Shown here piece by piece: positions 10,376-21,890 of a stretch of 64,000 nucleotides of DNA. The notes below the pieces were generated by a model, which searched no databases, was not told the DNA's origin, and worked only from the letters and a program-made list of their open reading frames with translations. The stretch is from an uncultured Nitrospiraceae bacterium (GTDB taxonomy: Bacteria > Nitrospirota > Thermodesulfovibrionia > Thermodesulfovibrionales > Dissulfurispiraceae). Position numbers and translations under genes: made by a program. Each line of letters begins with the position of its first letter. Position 1 is the stretch's first letter. The stretch covers positions 928,001 to 992,000 of the forward strand of contig CAVSHF010000003.1 of assembly GCA_963727805.1 (NCBI GenBank), in the 5' to 3' direction.

Positions 10376-11572
10376 ATGCCCATGAATAAGAATCAAAGAG
10401 CCATTCTGCTTGGTTTATCTGCCGCAACATTTCTTGGTCCTTTAACCCAAACGATCTATACACCGAGTTTACCTGAAATAGGGACGTTTTTCACGGTTGG
10501 CCCCGTTTTGATCAATCTCACCATCTCTCTGTATACCATTATACTGGCCGCAGGCAATTTCATCGTCGGCCCCCTTGCAGACATATATGGCAGAAGAGCG
10601 ACATTGCTGCCGGGACTGCTGATCTTTATCGTCGGCTCAGTTATATGCTTTTTTTCCGACTCCTATATGCTTTTTTTACTCGGCAGGACATTGCAGGCAC
10701 TAGGCATCAGTACCAGCTTGGTTGTAGCTGCTGCAGTGATTGGGGATATCTTTGCGCCCAAAGATTGCGGCCAAGCGATGAGCACTTATCAGACCCTTCT
10801 TTACCTTGGACCGGTAATAGGACCTGTGCTAGGAAGTTTTATCAGCGCATATTCACATTGGCAGTGGGCCTTTGCTATCGTTGCAGCAGCGGGAATAGTT
10901 ACGTTGGCTTACAACACATTGGTCTTGCAAGAAACCCTTGAAAGAGGGCTTACTCCCGGGAAGATTTCAATTAAAACCTTTAAGCGGATTTTAGCTAACA
11001 AGGCTGCCCTTGCCATAATCTTGTTGGCGTTCAGCCAGTTTTATGGGTATTATGTTTTTCTAGTTTTTTTGCCGATTCTGCTCACTTCGATGTTCAATAT
11101 ATCAATGGCTTCCAAAGGACTCTTCTTTGTGCCCCTTACTGCCGGTATCATGCTAGGCACTTTTCTGGGTGGTAGATTGCAGATGATATGCAGCCGAACA
11201 CGCATAGTAGTGGCCGCGTCCTATGGTCTTGGAATTACCGTGCTCTGCTTTGCACTGCTCCTTATCTCAAGTCGATTGAGCACGTTGCTCCTAATCACGC
11301 TTCTCTCTGCCTATGGACTACTCCTTGGCTGCAGCCTTCCTGCTCAATCGGCTGCCATGGTGAACCTCTTTAAGCGTGAGAAGGCGACGGCCATAGGCCT
11401 TTATAATTTTCTCAGGTTCGTCGGGGCATCGGTTGGTCCAATAGCAGGTGAAGTTATTCGGGATATGGCCGGCGACCGCGTGCTGTTTGTTTCACTCGGA
11501 GTCATGTTAATTGCTGCGGCTCTCGCAATACACAAGTATTTCCATGATCCGTATGACCACCTATATTCATAG
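10376..11572 (+). CDS. MFS transporter (Bcr/CflA-like drug:H+ antiporter)
   Basis: About 12 TM helices; YTPSLP; motif A GPLADIYGRR; motif C GPVIGPVLG. Confidence 0.9.
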   Translation: MPMNKNQRAILLGLSAATFLGPLTQTIYTPSLPEIGTFFTVGPVLINLTISLYTIILAAGNFIVGPLADIYGRRATLLPGLLIFIVGSVICFFSDSYMLFLLGRTLQALGISTSLVVAAAVIGDIFAPKDCGQAMSTYQTLLYLGPVIGPVLGSFISAYSHWQWAFAIVAAAGIVTLAYNTLVLQETLERGLTPGKISIKTFKRILANKAALAIILLAFSQFYGYYVFLVFLPILLTSMFNISMASKGLFFVPLTAGIMLGTFLGGRLQMICSRTRIVVAASYGLGITVLCFALLLISSRLSTLLLITLLSAYGLLLGCSLPAQSAAMVNLFKREKATAIGLYNFLRFVGASVGPIAGEVIRDMAGDRVLFVSLGVMLIAAALAIHKYFHDPYDHLYS

Positions 11573-11769
11573 ATCACTGTGATCCAGCGTAGCGCGTTGT
11601 TGGGGTATCCTGGGATGTGTAAATTCGGATTGAGAAAACTCAATCAGTCAAAGACCTGATAATGCATGGTACCCACAGTATTTGTTAACAAAAAGTATGA
11701 GCCGTGAGCTCCATCGCGTCAGCTCCATGCCTTTGTTAACTGGGATTAAGTTTGATTAGCAGCTTGGGG

Positions 11770-12138
11770 CTAGACATAGACTATACTCCCGTCCTCAGTC
11801 TTTGTCGGACGAACTTCAATTCTTGCAGTTGTTCCGTATTCAAATTCGCAGTTACCTTTTGCGATGACAATAGCATCGTTGAGGGCTTCGGCAAAGATGT
11901 CGTAATAACCAACAATAACTTCTCTGGCTGCATTGATAGGCTGGTCCTTCCATGTTCCTTTTGAGCTTGGAATAATCTCGCCTTCCCTGAGCTGCGGCTG
12001 AGCAGATTTCAATTTTCCTTCTTTTGTTAGGTTCCCGATGTATTCTTCACATTCTTTCAGAAACCGCTGCTGCTGTTCGGGTGACCATGCCGCCTGATAA
12101 TCGATATCATTGCGGACAAGCAGTATAAATTCCTTCAT
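11770..12138 (-). CDS. YciI/DGPF-like protein
   Basis: MKEFILL...EVIVGYY...AIVIAK...IEVRP. Start re-called to ATG 12138 after AAGGAGG. The DGPF motif is degenerate (DQPI). Confidence 0.75.
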   Translation of the reverse strand: MKEFILLVRNDIDYQAAWSPEQQQRFLKECEEYIGNLTKEGKLKSAQPQLREGEIIPSSKGTWKDQPINAAREVIVGYYDIFAEALNDAIVIAKGNCEFEYGTTARIEVRPTKTEDGSIVYV

Positions 12139-12464
12139 GATGCTGCCTCCTTTTTGAGTCACCAGTTATTGTTTGATTATCTTCACGCTGTCCCCCATAT
12201 GGTCCCCAGCTAACACATAAACTATGCGTCAAGTTCCGAGGGATCCGCTGAAGGACAAAGCATGGCCGGGAAAGTCTTGCAACCTCTGTACCACTTTCTT
12301 TACAATGGAGCAAATGACCTATAAGTGATTGTCCTGACTAGAACTATTGCGCAAATAAATACTTCGTAAAAATCCTATGCCAGCCGATTATTGCCCAAAT
12401 CACTCATTTTCTGGGTGGTTTCACCACTTTTTGTCCCGATGCGAGATAAGAAGCAGCCGATGTA

Positions 12465-13040
12465 TTACTGCTGTCTACCGGGGAGGTTAGATTTCAATAT
12501 ATGACTCAGGATTTCATTTAAGCTAGAATAGAGTCTAAATCCATTATTTGTGTATTCCCTGTTCCACGGAAATAGCAATCCCGTAGCCTTTGCCCCACTC
12601 TCCAATGCTTTTTCCAAGACCTGCGGGGCGTCATCTACGACCACATCAGTGGACATATTGAATAGGCAGGTCTTCTGAAAGGAAAGATGGAGATCATCAT
12701 ACACAAGACCGTGCTTGTTCAGCCATCTCTCCGTTGGCCTTCTGTGATCGGGGGATCTATGACTTGCTATGGTGATGTAGTAGCCATTTTCTCTTAAAGA
12801 AGCTAGAAATTGCTTTGCTTCTGGATAAGGCATATACTTGTCGCTATCTTGGCTTGAATGTACAATGTTAACTGCCTTGTAGAAATCATGTTTCGAACAA
12901 TATCCCTCCCAGATATCCCAGTTTTTCCAAGCGTCAGGGGTAGGGAAATTCTTGTTTAGCTTTGCTAGTTCTACATAAAAAGCATCACAGAACTGCCAAA
13001 GCGTATTATCGATGTCGACTATTGCAGTTTTGGGTATCAT
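12465..13040 (-). CDS. HAD-superfamily hydrolase, 5'(3')-deoxyribonucleotidase-like
   Basis: IVDIDNTL (motif I), ASHR, and VVDDAP (motif IV). Confidence 0.8.
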   Translation of the reverse strand: MIPKTAIVDIDNTLWQFCDAFYVELAKLNKNFPTPDAWKNWDIWEGYCSKHDFYKAVNIVHSSQDSDKYMPYPEAKQFLASLRENGYYITIASHRSPDHRRPTERWLNKHGLVYDDLHLSFQKTCLFNMSTDVVVDDAPQVLEKALESGAKATGLLFPWNREYTNNGFRLYSSLNEILSHILKSNLPGRQQ

Positions 13041-13512
13041 TATTCCACCTCATTTATTATAACTAACCTCTGCTCTAGATCAATAATCCGAAATCATTTA
13101 AAGATATAATCTGATCTTCTGATCGTAATTATAAAATGGAGTTAATGCCAGAATGCTTCAACAAATATCAAACCTCTATACTATACTCCATCCATTCTCT
13201 TTTGCTCCCAGAAATCCTCGCTTTTTCAACCTGGGGTCCTTTTATAATCTGCTGCTATTTTTTATGCAGATGCCCAATCTACCTGTAATAGTTCCGAAAG
13301 TACTTTTTCGGCTTCTTCCAAAGTGTCCGCTCGCATACGATGTAACTTTGGAGGCAGCTATTTGATATTTTGGGATCTGATAAGCATACTCCTGTAATTT
13401 CCAGTATGTTCCCATTTATTCAAGCAAATTAATAGTATTCTTGAGCTTTTTTCTGAGCCATTGACAAAGGTTATATTAAAGTATACCCTTGTAACTAGGA
13501 ACAGTTCCGAAT

Positions 13513-13956
13513 ATGAAGCACCACCCAGAACCTCATGAAATTGAACTGAAGTTGATAGCTGGGCTCGGGGAAAATGGCTATAAGATGACACCACAGAGGC
13601 TTGAGGTCATCAACCTCCTGGCGCATGATCGATCACATCCTGGGGCCATGGATATGTTGCATAAGTTCAAGAAAACGGCACCAAAGATAAGCATGTCAAC
13701 AGTCTATTACACTCTAGACATCCTGGAAAAGGAGGGGCCAATACAGGAACTTGACTTTTACAACAGGGACAACCGCTATGACGTTAACATGTCGAGTCAT
13801 ATCAATCTCATTTGCAGGAAGTGAGGAAATATTGAGGACTTTGACGAACCGTTGCCCTTCTCTTCGGAAATGATAGAGGGCAAGACCGGTTTTCGATCTG
13901 AAGAAATGAGGCTTGCAATTTTCGGATACTGTAAAGGGTGCAGGAGCAACAAATAG
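13513..13956 (+). pseudogene. Fur/PerR-family regulator interrupted by an in-frame TGA at 13822-13824
   Basis: MTPQR, HP, STVYYTL, RYD...HINLICRK[TGA]GNIEDF...FGYCKGC*. The frame continues through the TGA to the second CxxC and stops at 13956. Confidence 0.85.
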
Positions 13957-13999
13957 CAATAAAGTTTTTCTTAAAAAATAGTTTTGAATAATTTCCTAA

Positions 14000-14101
14000 A
14001 TTCAGATTCGACATATCGTTAATTTCATGAAGGCGGATCCAGCATATGGCAAGGGGATCGCCGAGGCGTTGGGTATCCCGCTGGGCGAACTACCCAAATA
14101 G
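14000..14101 (+). pseudogene. katA: 3' remnant of a monofunctional catalase
   Basis: IQIRHIVNFMKADPAYGKGIAEALGIPLGELPK* matches the catalase C-terminal pattern (R.I....ADPxYGxGIAxALG). There is no start codon and no upstream catalase sequence. Confidence 0.7.
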
Positions 14102-14250
14102 GCATAGAGATATCCAAGCACCAGGGAGGTCAGGGATCTCTGGAGGTACTTACCAGAGCAACTGTTTCGAGGACATATTCATAAACATAATGATTATAAT
14201 GACAAGGAACCGGTGGATTCCATCGGTTTCAAAAAAGGAGGTACAAACTA

Positions 14251-14640
14251 ATGACAGGTTATGTTGGTCCTATTGAGAAAGCGACTTTGGATAACGGCTT
14301 CTTCCGTCAAGTTCTATTCACCGGCAAATACAGCCAGCTCGTGGTAATGTGTTTGCAAGCAAATGAAGAAATCGGCAACGAAGTACACCCCAACGTCGAC
14401 CAGTTCTTCCGTATTGAAGAGGGGAATGCTAAATTCATCTTCAATGACAAGGAGGAGCATCTTGTTGGAGACGGTGATGCTGTTGTTGTGCCGGCAGGTA
14501 CATACCACAACGTGATTAACATGTCTGCGACCAAACCACTTAAGCTGTACACTATCTACACCCCTCCGAATCATCCTGACGGGACGGTGCATAAAACAAA
14601 AGCTGATGCAGATGCTGCTGAGGCTGCGGAACATCACTGA
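14251..14640 (+). CDS. Cupin domain protein
   Basis: FRQVLFTG, EIGNEVH...DQFF, VPAGTYHN and KLYTIYTPPNH; AAGGAGG RBS. Confidence 0.9.
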   Translation: MTGYVGPIEKATLDNGFFRQVLFTGKYSQLVVMCLQANEEIGNEVHPNVDQFFRIEEGNAKFIFNDKEEHLVGDGDAVVVPAGTYHNVINMSATKPLKLYTIYTPPNHPDGTVHKTKADADAAEAAEHH

Positions 14641-15284
14641 GAACCTTCGACGTGCACTCGCCATGCTCATTGATTTTTGATGGGCAAAAGCAGTCTTATT
14701 TTGAATGCTCCCTCCCAACCGGGGGGGAGTATCGAAGAAAGCGTGTCTACTTCCGGTGACAATATCTTCAAAGAATAGCGTGATCCCAGTATTGAGTTGG
14801 AATGAATAACACCGGATCTTTAGACCGGGCTATCGTCATGTGGCTCCTTCCCCTCGTCCAGTCCGAAATGTGCCCGACAGCTCCCGCGCTGTGCAGGCTA
14901 AAGCCTTGCTCCACTTATTTGTAAGTTTCGCAAGCAGTTGGTATAGATGCGACTGAGATGTGGTAGGTGTTATGGCCAGCTAAAGAAGTAATCATTTTCA
15001 TCAAGAGTGACTGTGGAAAGAGAAAAAGCCAGCCTATCATATCTATGTGTACACGATTGATTTGACCGCCCTGTTGCTTATATTTAATAGCGGCCTCGGC
15101 CTTTGTGAACTTCTCTGTCTTTGCTTCGACTACTTGATTTGAATGGCTTATTCATATGCACCCTAAGAGTAAATCTTGCCACATTGCCGATTTTTTTAAG
15201 ATACCTGCTTTTAATACCACTTAATACATGGCATATCGCGACGACTCCCGAAAATCTGGGATAATAAGTCATCCTGCCCGAATT

Positions 15285-15806
15285 TCATATTCTTGCTTCT
15301 TGATTTAACCATGGGCAATCTGCAAGTTTTCGTTTTCCAAATAATTTGTACAAATTGGTCGTCAATTGATCTGTTGAAAAAGGCCGCACCAGAATAGCAC
15401 TTACAATTTCACTCATAATGATAAGGGCAATTTCCATCTTGGCTGTGTTGTTCGAGACTACTAACAGAATTTTCACTCCTGGTAGTCGCTTCTTTATATC
15501 TGTCAGCATTTCCATCGTTGATTCCTCTCCGATATATTGATCTACGAAGAGAAATGCATCTGATTCTTCACGGAAAGACCGCAGAAAATCCGATACATTA
15601 TAGAATGGCTTAACAGTAATAGAGTCATTGAACTCCGACAGACCACTTTGTGTCATGTGGGCTATATCTTGTTCCACACAGAGATATAAATTTCGTTTCA
15701 AGCTTTTTCCGACCTCCTCTTTTTCCAGCTCGATTGCCAAATCGAGCTTGGTTAAAATGTATCCACAGAAACGAACGTCCTCCTGATTGTCTGCCAGCCT
15801 ACTCAT
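15285..15806 (-). CDS. Hypothetical protein with a degenerate receiver-like domain
   Basis: FLFVD...KILLVVS...ILVRPFS resembles a REC fold with the conserved Lys replaced by Arg. Confidence 0.55.
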   Translation of the reverse strand: MSRLADNQEDVRFCGYILTKLDLAIELEKEEVGKSLKRNLYLCVEQDIAHMTQSGLSEFNDSITVKPFYNVSDFLRSFREESDAFLFVDQYIGEESTMEMLTDIKKRLPGVKILLVVSNNTAKMEIALIIMSEIVSAILVRPFSTDQLTTNLYKLFGKRKLADCPWLNQEARI

Positions 15807-16014
15807 CAGTCCAATTTGTCAGGATCTATTCTATGAGTGTATACTTTGCTCCCTCAGGCTAATAATTCTTCCAAGTATCAACTGCTGTGAACCTTCCGGA
15901 AAATATTATTTTGATGCCGTGCGTAATTACATCCGTTAAGATCTCCAGATCGCCAATAACAAGCATGCACATTTCGCATCATCCTTCTCCAAAACTTACC
16001 TCCGATGCGACTCC

Positions 16015-18567
16015 TTATACATCTAGTGTCGTTCTCAACTTCCACAGTAAATTTTTGGGTGATATTGGCTTATTTATCACATTGACTTTATCCTTAAGCA
16101 TCATTTCTTTGTCTATTCTATCCGCCGTATATCCACTCAAAAAAAGGATTTTCGTCTGTGGCTTAATTTTTCTTATTTCTTCATATACTGCCTTGCCATT
16201 TTTTTTAGGCATGATCATATCAAGTAAGACTAGCTGAATCCTCTCTTTATTACCGAGAAACTTGTTAATAGCTTCTTCGCCATCCTGAGCTAGAATTACT
16301 TCGTATCCATATTGCGTGAGCACTATTTCGTAGAGATTCCGTAATTTCTCATCGTCTTCCGCCACTAAAATGGTCTCTGTCCCGCCAATTAACTGCTGTC
16401 CAATTGTGGTTTTATCAGGAACTTCCTCCTTTGATTCAGTTGCCGGAAGATATATCCGAAAGGTCGTCCCTTTGTCAGGCTCGCTATAGACATTAATGAA
16501 CCCCCCGTGCTGATTCACTATGCCGTAGACCATCGCTAGCCCAAGACCCGTGCCCTTAGCAGGCTCCTTAGTAGTAAAAAATGGCTCGAAAATCTTTGCC
16601 ATCGTCTCCTGGTTCATTCCAATGCCGGTGTCCGATACTGCAATAAGAACGTATTGCCCAGGGTTACCGCAACCATGAGAGACAACGAAGGAATTATCGA
16701 TGTTTATGATTTCGGTACTAATCGTGAATCTTCCACCTTTCGGCATAGCGTCCCTCGCATTGGTAGCAAGATTCATGAGTACCTGCTCTATCTGGCCGGC
16801 GTCAACAATACTCCGTGCATCCTGGCAAGTTAGTATAGTGCTCACATCGATATCCGCACCGATAAGCCTGGTAAGTAACTTCTCAACTTTCCCGATAATG
16901 TCATTAACATTAATTGACCGGGGATTCATTATCTGTTTCCTGCTGAACGCCAGTAGGCTACGAGTTACTTCAGCCGCCCTATCAGCAGCTACTAGTACCT
17001 GGTCGACATATGCCCTTAGAGGATGATTCTCACTCATCTTGTTCTGCACGAGAGACCCGTAGCCCATTATTGTGCAAAGGATATTGTTAAAATCATGAGC
17101 AATTCCTCCGGCTAACTGCCCAACTGCTTCCATTTTCTGAGCCTGAAGAAGCTGCTTTTCAAGCCGTTTATATTCAGTTATATCGCGTATTATTCCACGG
17201 TATGCCACAATATCCCCTTGTTCATCCCTTACAGATGTCGACGTGGACATAACGGTCAATTTTTTCCCATCTTTCCTTTTCAGTTCTATTTCATAATCTT
17301 TCACAAAACCATACAACTCCAACATATCCCTGTACTTCATCCTGGCACTCGGATCGAAGTAAAGGTCTTTAGCAAGGTCAATCTTTAAGAATTCATCTTT
17401 GGAAGAATATCCGAATAGATCGAGGCCTGCTGGGTTCATATCTAAAAATTTCCCTTCAGGAGTGCTGATAAAAATAACATCTTTGGATTCCTCAAAAAGA
17501 CTGCGATATCTTTCTTCTGATTTGCGTAAAGCCTCTTCCATCTTCTTCCGCTCTGTCACATCTTTAAAATCTTCAATAATACCGATTAGATTGCCAGCAG
17601 CATCATAATGGGGGATAGCAGTTAAAATGCAGTCAATTTTGTTCCCATCAGGTCGCTCTATAACGAACTCCTCTTCAAAGCGTTCCTCTCCACTTAAGAT
17701 TCTTGTTGCCGCGCAAAAAGCTGTGTTGTAACGAGGGCAATGGAACATTTCATAACACTTTTTTCCAATCACCTCTCTCTCCCCTATATTGAGAAGGTTT
17801 AAAAAAGTATTATTTACTTTAATCTGATTGTAATTCTTATCTAATACACGCATTGCATCAACCGCACTATTAAAAATCTGATGCAGTTCTGTGTATGCAC
17901 GGTTTATTTCATCTTCTGCCCGTTTTCTTGCAGTAATGTCTATTCCCGTTCCCACAATAAATTTATTGCCTTCTGAGTTGAAGAACCTACCTGAAAAATA
18001 ATAAGGGATACCCGGTCCATTTCTTGGAAGCAGATCAGCTTCCACATCCGCCGTGCCGTGAGTGAAAACTTCCTGAACTTTTTCTGAAATATATTCTTTA
18101 TACGTCGAGGGGAAAAAAGCCTCAGGTTGCATCATTGCTATTTCTTGGGTTGTAAATCCGGTGATTTTTTCAAGATTATTATTCCAACGTATAATCCTTT
18201 TCTTATCGTCAAAAAGATAAAAAATGCCGGGCAGTGAATTTATTACTGCTTCGGATAAATCTTTTTCTTTTTGCAGGCTTTCTTCCGATTTTTTGACAGA
18301 TTGGAAAAGCGGTGCAATCAATGCTACGCCAACAACCATGCATATTGAAGTCCCCAGTGAAAATAATTCGCCTAGCACTTCAGGCGGATTACCTGTAGTT
18401 GTTGATACGAGCCTGAAAAGCTCGTTGCTTCTCCTGAGAGCTCCAATAGTAATTGCGGCAGCAATAAGTATCCATGCATTGCGCCTACCTGTAATTCTGA
18501 TCATTCTGATAGACAGGTAGGCCGCAGTAAACTGAAGCATAGCGGACAATGCCATAATTACTATCAT
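16015..18567 (-). CDS. Membrane-anchored multi-PAS hybrid histidine kinase/response regulator
   Basis: Three N-terminal TM segments; three PAS domains; [42 protein letters not shown]-terminal receiver (ILVAEDD, LLDMIMP). Confidence 0.95.
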   Translation of the reverse strand: MIVIMALSAMLQFTAAYLSIRMIRITGRRNAWILIAAAITIGALRRSNELFRLVSTTTGNPPEVLGELFSLGTSICMVVGVALIAPLFQSVKKSEESLQKEKDLSEAVINSLPGIFYLFDDKKRIIRWNNNLEKITGFTTQEIAMMQPEAFFPSTYKEYISEKVQEVFTHGTADVEADLLPRNGPGIPYYFSGRFFNSEGNKFIVGTGIDITARKRAEDEINRAYTELHQIFNSAVDAMRVLDKNYNQIKVNNTFLNLLNIGEREVIGKKCYEMFHCPRYNTAFCAATRILSGEERFEEEFVIERPDGNKIDCILTAIPHYDAAGNLIGIIEDFKDVTERKKMEEALRKSEERYRSLFEESKDVIFISTPEGKFLDMNPAGLDLFGYSSKDEFLKIDLAKDLYFDPSARMKYRDMLELYGFVKDYEIELKRKDGKKLTVMSTSTSVRDEQGDIVAYRGIIRDITEYKRLEKQLLQAQKMEAVGQLAGGIAHDFNNILCTIMGYGSLVQNKMSENHPLRAYVDQVLVAADRAAEVTRSLLAFSRKQIMNPRSINVNDIIGKVEKLLTRLIGADIDVSTILTCQDARSIVDAGQIEQVLMNLATNARDAMPKGGRFTISTEIINIDNSFVVSHGCGNPGQYVLIAVSDTGIGMNQETMAKIFEPFFTTKEPAKGTGLGLAMVYGIVNQHGGFINVYSEPDKGTTFRIYLPATESKEEVPDKTTIGQQLIGGTETILVAEDDEKLRNLYEIVLTQYGYEVILAQDGEEAINKFLGNKERIQLVLLDMIMPKKNGKAVYEEIRKIKPQTKILFLSGYTADRIDKEMMLKDKVNVINKPISPKNLLWKLRTTLDV

Positions 18568-18590
18568 CTTGTACCTTCAGGCCTAAGCAT

Positions 18591-19097
18591 CTAGGAAATC
18601 ATTGGCATTACTTCTGATTTTCCCATCAGCCTGTCAACGTCAACAAGTATTATAAGCCTGCCCTCGAGTTTTGCGATCCCTGTTATGAATTCCGTGTTCA
18701 CATCAGATGCCATCGTCGGGGTGGGCTCAACTATACTGGCTGGAATCCGCAACACCTCCGAGACTGAATCAACCACCAGGCCGATCGTGATCCCTTGTAT
18801 ATCCATGATCATTATCCGTGTTTGTGAGTCATTCTCTTTTTCGGGCAGACCGAATATTTTCCTGAGGTTTATGATGGGCATAACCCTCCCCCTGAGGTTG
18901 ATTACTCCTTCTACATAAGACGGAGCATTCGGCACCCGAGTTATTTCTTTCGTCCTGTTTATTTCCTGTACCTTGAGGATATTGACTGCGTAGTTCTCAT
19001 TGCCTAGTCCAAAGGTTACGAGTTGCAGAAGTTCGCTTCTTTGCCCCGGTGAGCCAACAAGCTTCAGTGCATGCTCTGAAGCTATTAATGTGTCCAT
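18591..19097 (-). CDS. cheW: Chemotaxis coupling protein CheW
   Basis: QLVTF, VQEI, ITRVPNAP, GVINLRG and GLVVDSVSEV. Confidence 0.95.
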   Translation of the reverse strand: MDTLIASEHALKLVGSPGQRSELLQLVTFGLGNENYAVNILKVQEINRTKEITRVPNAPSYVEGVINLRGRVMPIINLRKIFGLPEKENDSQTRIMIMDIQGITIGLVVDSVSEVLRIPASIVEPTPTMASDVNTEFITGIAKLEGRLIILVDVDRLMGKSEVMPMIS

Positions 19098-19130
19098 TTT
19101 ATGCCTCCAGAATGCTCTTTTCGTCTGAGT

Positions 19131-20798
19131 TTAATTCATGCCGCTGCTGCGACCGTTCCCATTGCCGTTAACCCTAAAGCGGCCGGCTTCAGTTTTTAAA
19201 TCTGTCGACAGCTTCGATAAATTTGTTGCCTCCTGTGCAATCTGATACGAGCCGCTACTCGTCTCTTTCGATACTGCCGCTATAACTTCTATATCGCAGC
19301 TTATCTGCTCGGATACTGTTGACATCTCCTCAGTTGCAGAGGCTATTTGTTGCACCATGGACTGAAGACTGTTTACACTGTTTACTATCATATTGAGGGC
19401 GCTTCCTGCATGTGTCGCAAGTTCAACCCCTGATTGTACTTTTTTTGTTCCCTCTCCCATTGATGTGACAGCCTTTTCTGTCTCGTCCTGTATCGCTTTG
19501 ATCATATTGCCTATCTCTGACGTTGACTGTGCAGTCTTTTCGGCAAGCTTTCTAACCTCATCGGCAACAACCGCAAAGCCTCTCCCCTGTTCTCCTGCTC
19601 GTGCCGCTTCTATGGCAGCATTGAGGGCAAGCAGGTTTGTTTGGTCTGCTATGTCCTTGATTACACTGACGATCTCACCTATCTGCACAGACCGGTCGCC
19701 GAGGGACGTCATTAGCTTGGCCAGATCTGCCACCGTCCTTGCAATTTCCTGCACTTCATTGACAGTCTTCCTCACCACTTCAGCACCATCCTCTGCTGTT
19801 TGCAACGTGTCCGTTGATGAAGATGCTATATTGGCGCTGTTTTTTGCTATGTCGATAACAGTTTGTGACATTTGAGCAGATGCTGTCGCAACCTGGTTGG
19901 CTTTACTAGACTGTTCGTCTACTCTCTTTGTTATCTGAGTCACTGTCGCCGAAAGCTCTTCCGATGACGAAGCGACATGACTGGAGGTGTCCGAAAACTT
20001 TCCTATCATGTCACTTAACGAATGTTTCATCGCATTCAAGGATTTTGCCAAGGCACCTGTCTCATCTCTTATCGTTGCATCCAAGTCATCTGAGGTCAAG
20101 TCGCCCTTAGCAATTTTGTCAGCAACATCAATGCCTTTCTGCAAAGGTTTAGTAATGCTGCGCGCTATTAAAAATGAAATCGTCAAACTAAACATGATGG
20201 CAATACCACCAATTGCAAGGAGTATCAAGCGGGCATTGCCATAATCTGCAACTGCCTCTTCATACCTTATTTTGCTGCGATCTTCCTGGTATTTGATTAG
20301 CTTGTCGATTTCATCCGAGATCTTTTGGGTAAGAGGGATGGCTTCTGTTAAAAGTACAGCGTTAGCTTCGGCCATTTTATGGGCATTTTTTAGTTCAATA
20401 AACTTATTATTGGCTGCCTTTGCAGGAACTATGGCATCTTCGATATGAGCGACCAAATCAGTATTGTCTTTCGAACTATCCATGTTTTTGATTGTGGCAA
20501 TTGCTTCTCTATACTTTTTCCTCTCCGCATCTATTTTTTCTCTTTCTGCATTAAATGCTTCATTCGTCGTCACCAATGAAATAATGCGTGTACCACTTAA
20601 AATATTGGCAATAGCCAGTCCAGCATCATTGGCAAGCTTCACTTTTACATTATTAACAGTGACGATCCTATTCAGATGTTCATTTATCTGTCCCATCTGA
20701 TAAATCCCAAGAACCAACATTACGACTGTCAACAATAGCACTACTCCGAATCCCACTCCCAACTTGATTTTGATCTTCAAATTCTTAAACATTGACAT
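19131..20798 (-). CDS. Methyl-accepting chemotaxis protein (four-helix-bundle sensor, HAMP)
   Basis: Two TM segments, a HAMP domain and [38 protein letters not shown]. Confidence 0.97.
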   Translation of the reverse strand: MSMFKNLKIKIKLGVGFGVVLLLTVVMLVLGIYQMGQINEHLNRIVTVNNVKVKLANDAGLAIANILSGTRIISLVTTNEAFNAEREKIDAERKKYREAIATIKNMDSSKDNTDLVAHIEDAIVPAKAANNKFIELKNAHKMAEANAVLLTEAIPLTQKISDEIDKLIKYQEDRSKIRYEEAVADYGNARLILLAIGGIAIMFSLTISFLIARSITKPLQKGIDVADKIAKGDLTSDDLDATIRDETGALAKSLNAMKHSLSDMIGKFSDTSSHVASSSEELSATVTQITKRVDEQSSKANQVATASAQMSQTVIDIAKNSANIASSSTDTLQTAEDGAEVVRKTVNEVQEIARTVADLAKLMTSLGDRSVQIGEIVSVIKDIADQTNLLALNAAIEAARAGEQGRGFAVVADEVRKLAEKTAQSTSEIGNMIKAIQDETEKAVTSMGEGTKKVQSGVELATHAGSALNMIVNSVNSLQSMVQQIASATEEMSTVSEQISCDIEVIAAVSKETSSGSYQIAQEATNLSKLSTDLKTEAGRFRVNGNGNGRSSGMN

Positions 20799-20907
20799 CC
20801 TCCTTTAACATCACTTCACCACACATTTTCATGTCATAATCTCCCGCTCGAACCTGTTAATTATTTTGGCTCTGATATTCTTATCGGGCAAATCTTTTTA
20901 ATCAGGA

Positions 20908-20922
20908 TAGGGGAATCCCTTA
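20908..20922. promoter_or_regulatory. Putative response-regulator box TAGGG-N5-CCTTA
   Basis: Imperfect inverted repeat upstream of the MCP gene; a similar box lies at 21822-21836. Confidence 0.45.
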
Positions 20923-21002
20923 GAATAAGATGCTATTTACCTGAAAGATGACACAGAAAAATGGTAGAGATTGAAAAAATAGTTAACGATAAAGGGAGGA
21001 GG

Positions 21003-21656
21003 CTATTTTTCTACGGAGGTCAAACCCTCTCGGATAGCATATTTAACAAGGCCAGCGACATTGGTAATGCCTAACTTATTCATGATCTTGAGGCGGTATG
21101 TCTCCACAGTCTTTATGCTCAGGTTGAGTTCACCAGCGATATCCTTTGTAGATTTCCCTTCCGAAATGAACTGAAGGACCATCCGTTCCTTCGCCGAAAG
21201 TCTCGGAACCTTCAAATCATCAGTATATGAATTTACCCCAACAAAATCCCTTATTACACTGTCTGCTATTTCAGCGCTCAGGTATATTTGCCCTTCCATA
21301 ACACTCCTTATTGCTTTGACAAGCTCCTCGAATGCACATTCCTTTGTCAGATAACCTGAGGCTCCTGCCATGAACATCTCCGAAGCAATTCCTTTATCAG
21401 AATGTACTGAGAGTCCGATAACCTTGATCTTGGGATTTTCATTGAGAATTTGACGGCAAGCTTCCACGCCATTTAAATCAGGCATGGTGACATCTAAGAT
21501 CGCGACATCAGGTGACAATTCTCGGGTTGACTTTATTGATTCCCACCCATTGTTAGCCTCACCCACCACCTGTAAATCGGCGTATTTTTCAAGAAGCGTT
21601 TTTATACCTTCTCGAACGATACGGTGGTCATCAGCTAATAGAATTCTTATGCTCAG
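21003..21656 (-). CDS. NarL/LuxR-family response regulator (start extended to a CTG codon)
   Basis: The frame continues upstream of the track's start as LSIRILLADDHRIVREG; then LDVTMP, GYLTK and a LuxR HTH (STKDIAGELNLSIKTVETYR). Confidence 0.9.
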   Translation of the reverse strand: MSIRILLADDHRIVREGIKTLLEKYADLQVVGEANNGWESIKSTRELSPDVAILDVTMPDLNGVEACRQILNENPKIKVIGLSVHSDKGIASEMFMAGASGYLTKECAFEELVKAIRSVMEGQIYLSAEIADSVIRDFVGVNSYTDDLKVPRLSAKERMVLQFISEGKSTKDIAGELNLSIKTVETYRLKIMNKLGITNVAGLVKYAIREGLTSVEK

Positions 21657-21821
21657 ATTAATGCCCCCCAGCTTAATCAGTGCCGTTAGTTACTCAAAAG
21701 AAAAGAGATCGATACCCGTTATCCGTTGCCCTTCTTTTTCATGCTAATGATGTTCCTCGGCAAAAAAGCCATGACAATAAACGATATATATAACAATATC
21801 ATGAAATCTTATTCGTTGCAA

Positions 21822-21836
21822 TAAGGTATTCCCTTA
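21822..21836. promoter_or_regulatory. Putative response-regulator box TAAGG-N5-CCTTA
   Basis: Perfect 5-bp arms, located between the kinase and the response regulator genes. Confidence 0.45.
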
Positions 21837-21890
21837 TAACTATCTTCGATAATCCTTACCCGGACAATATGCTATGCTCCTCTTTTATTG

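Noticed and set aside
13822..13900. Selenocysteine readthrough of the Fur/PerR TGA (also ICRK-TGA, like the peptide at 63308)
   Set aside because: The only sizeable hairpin (TTGCCCT/AGGGCAA) has its loop about 40 nt or more downstream, beyond usual SECIS spacing, and the adjacent catalase is destroyed. A nonsense mutation is simpler, though Sec is not formally excluded.
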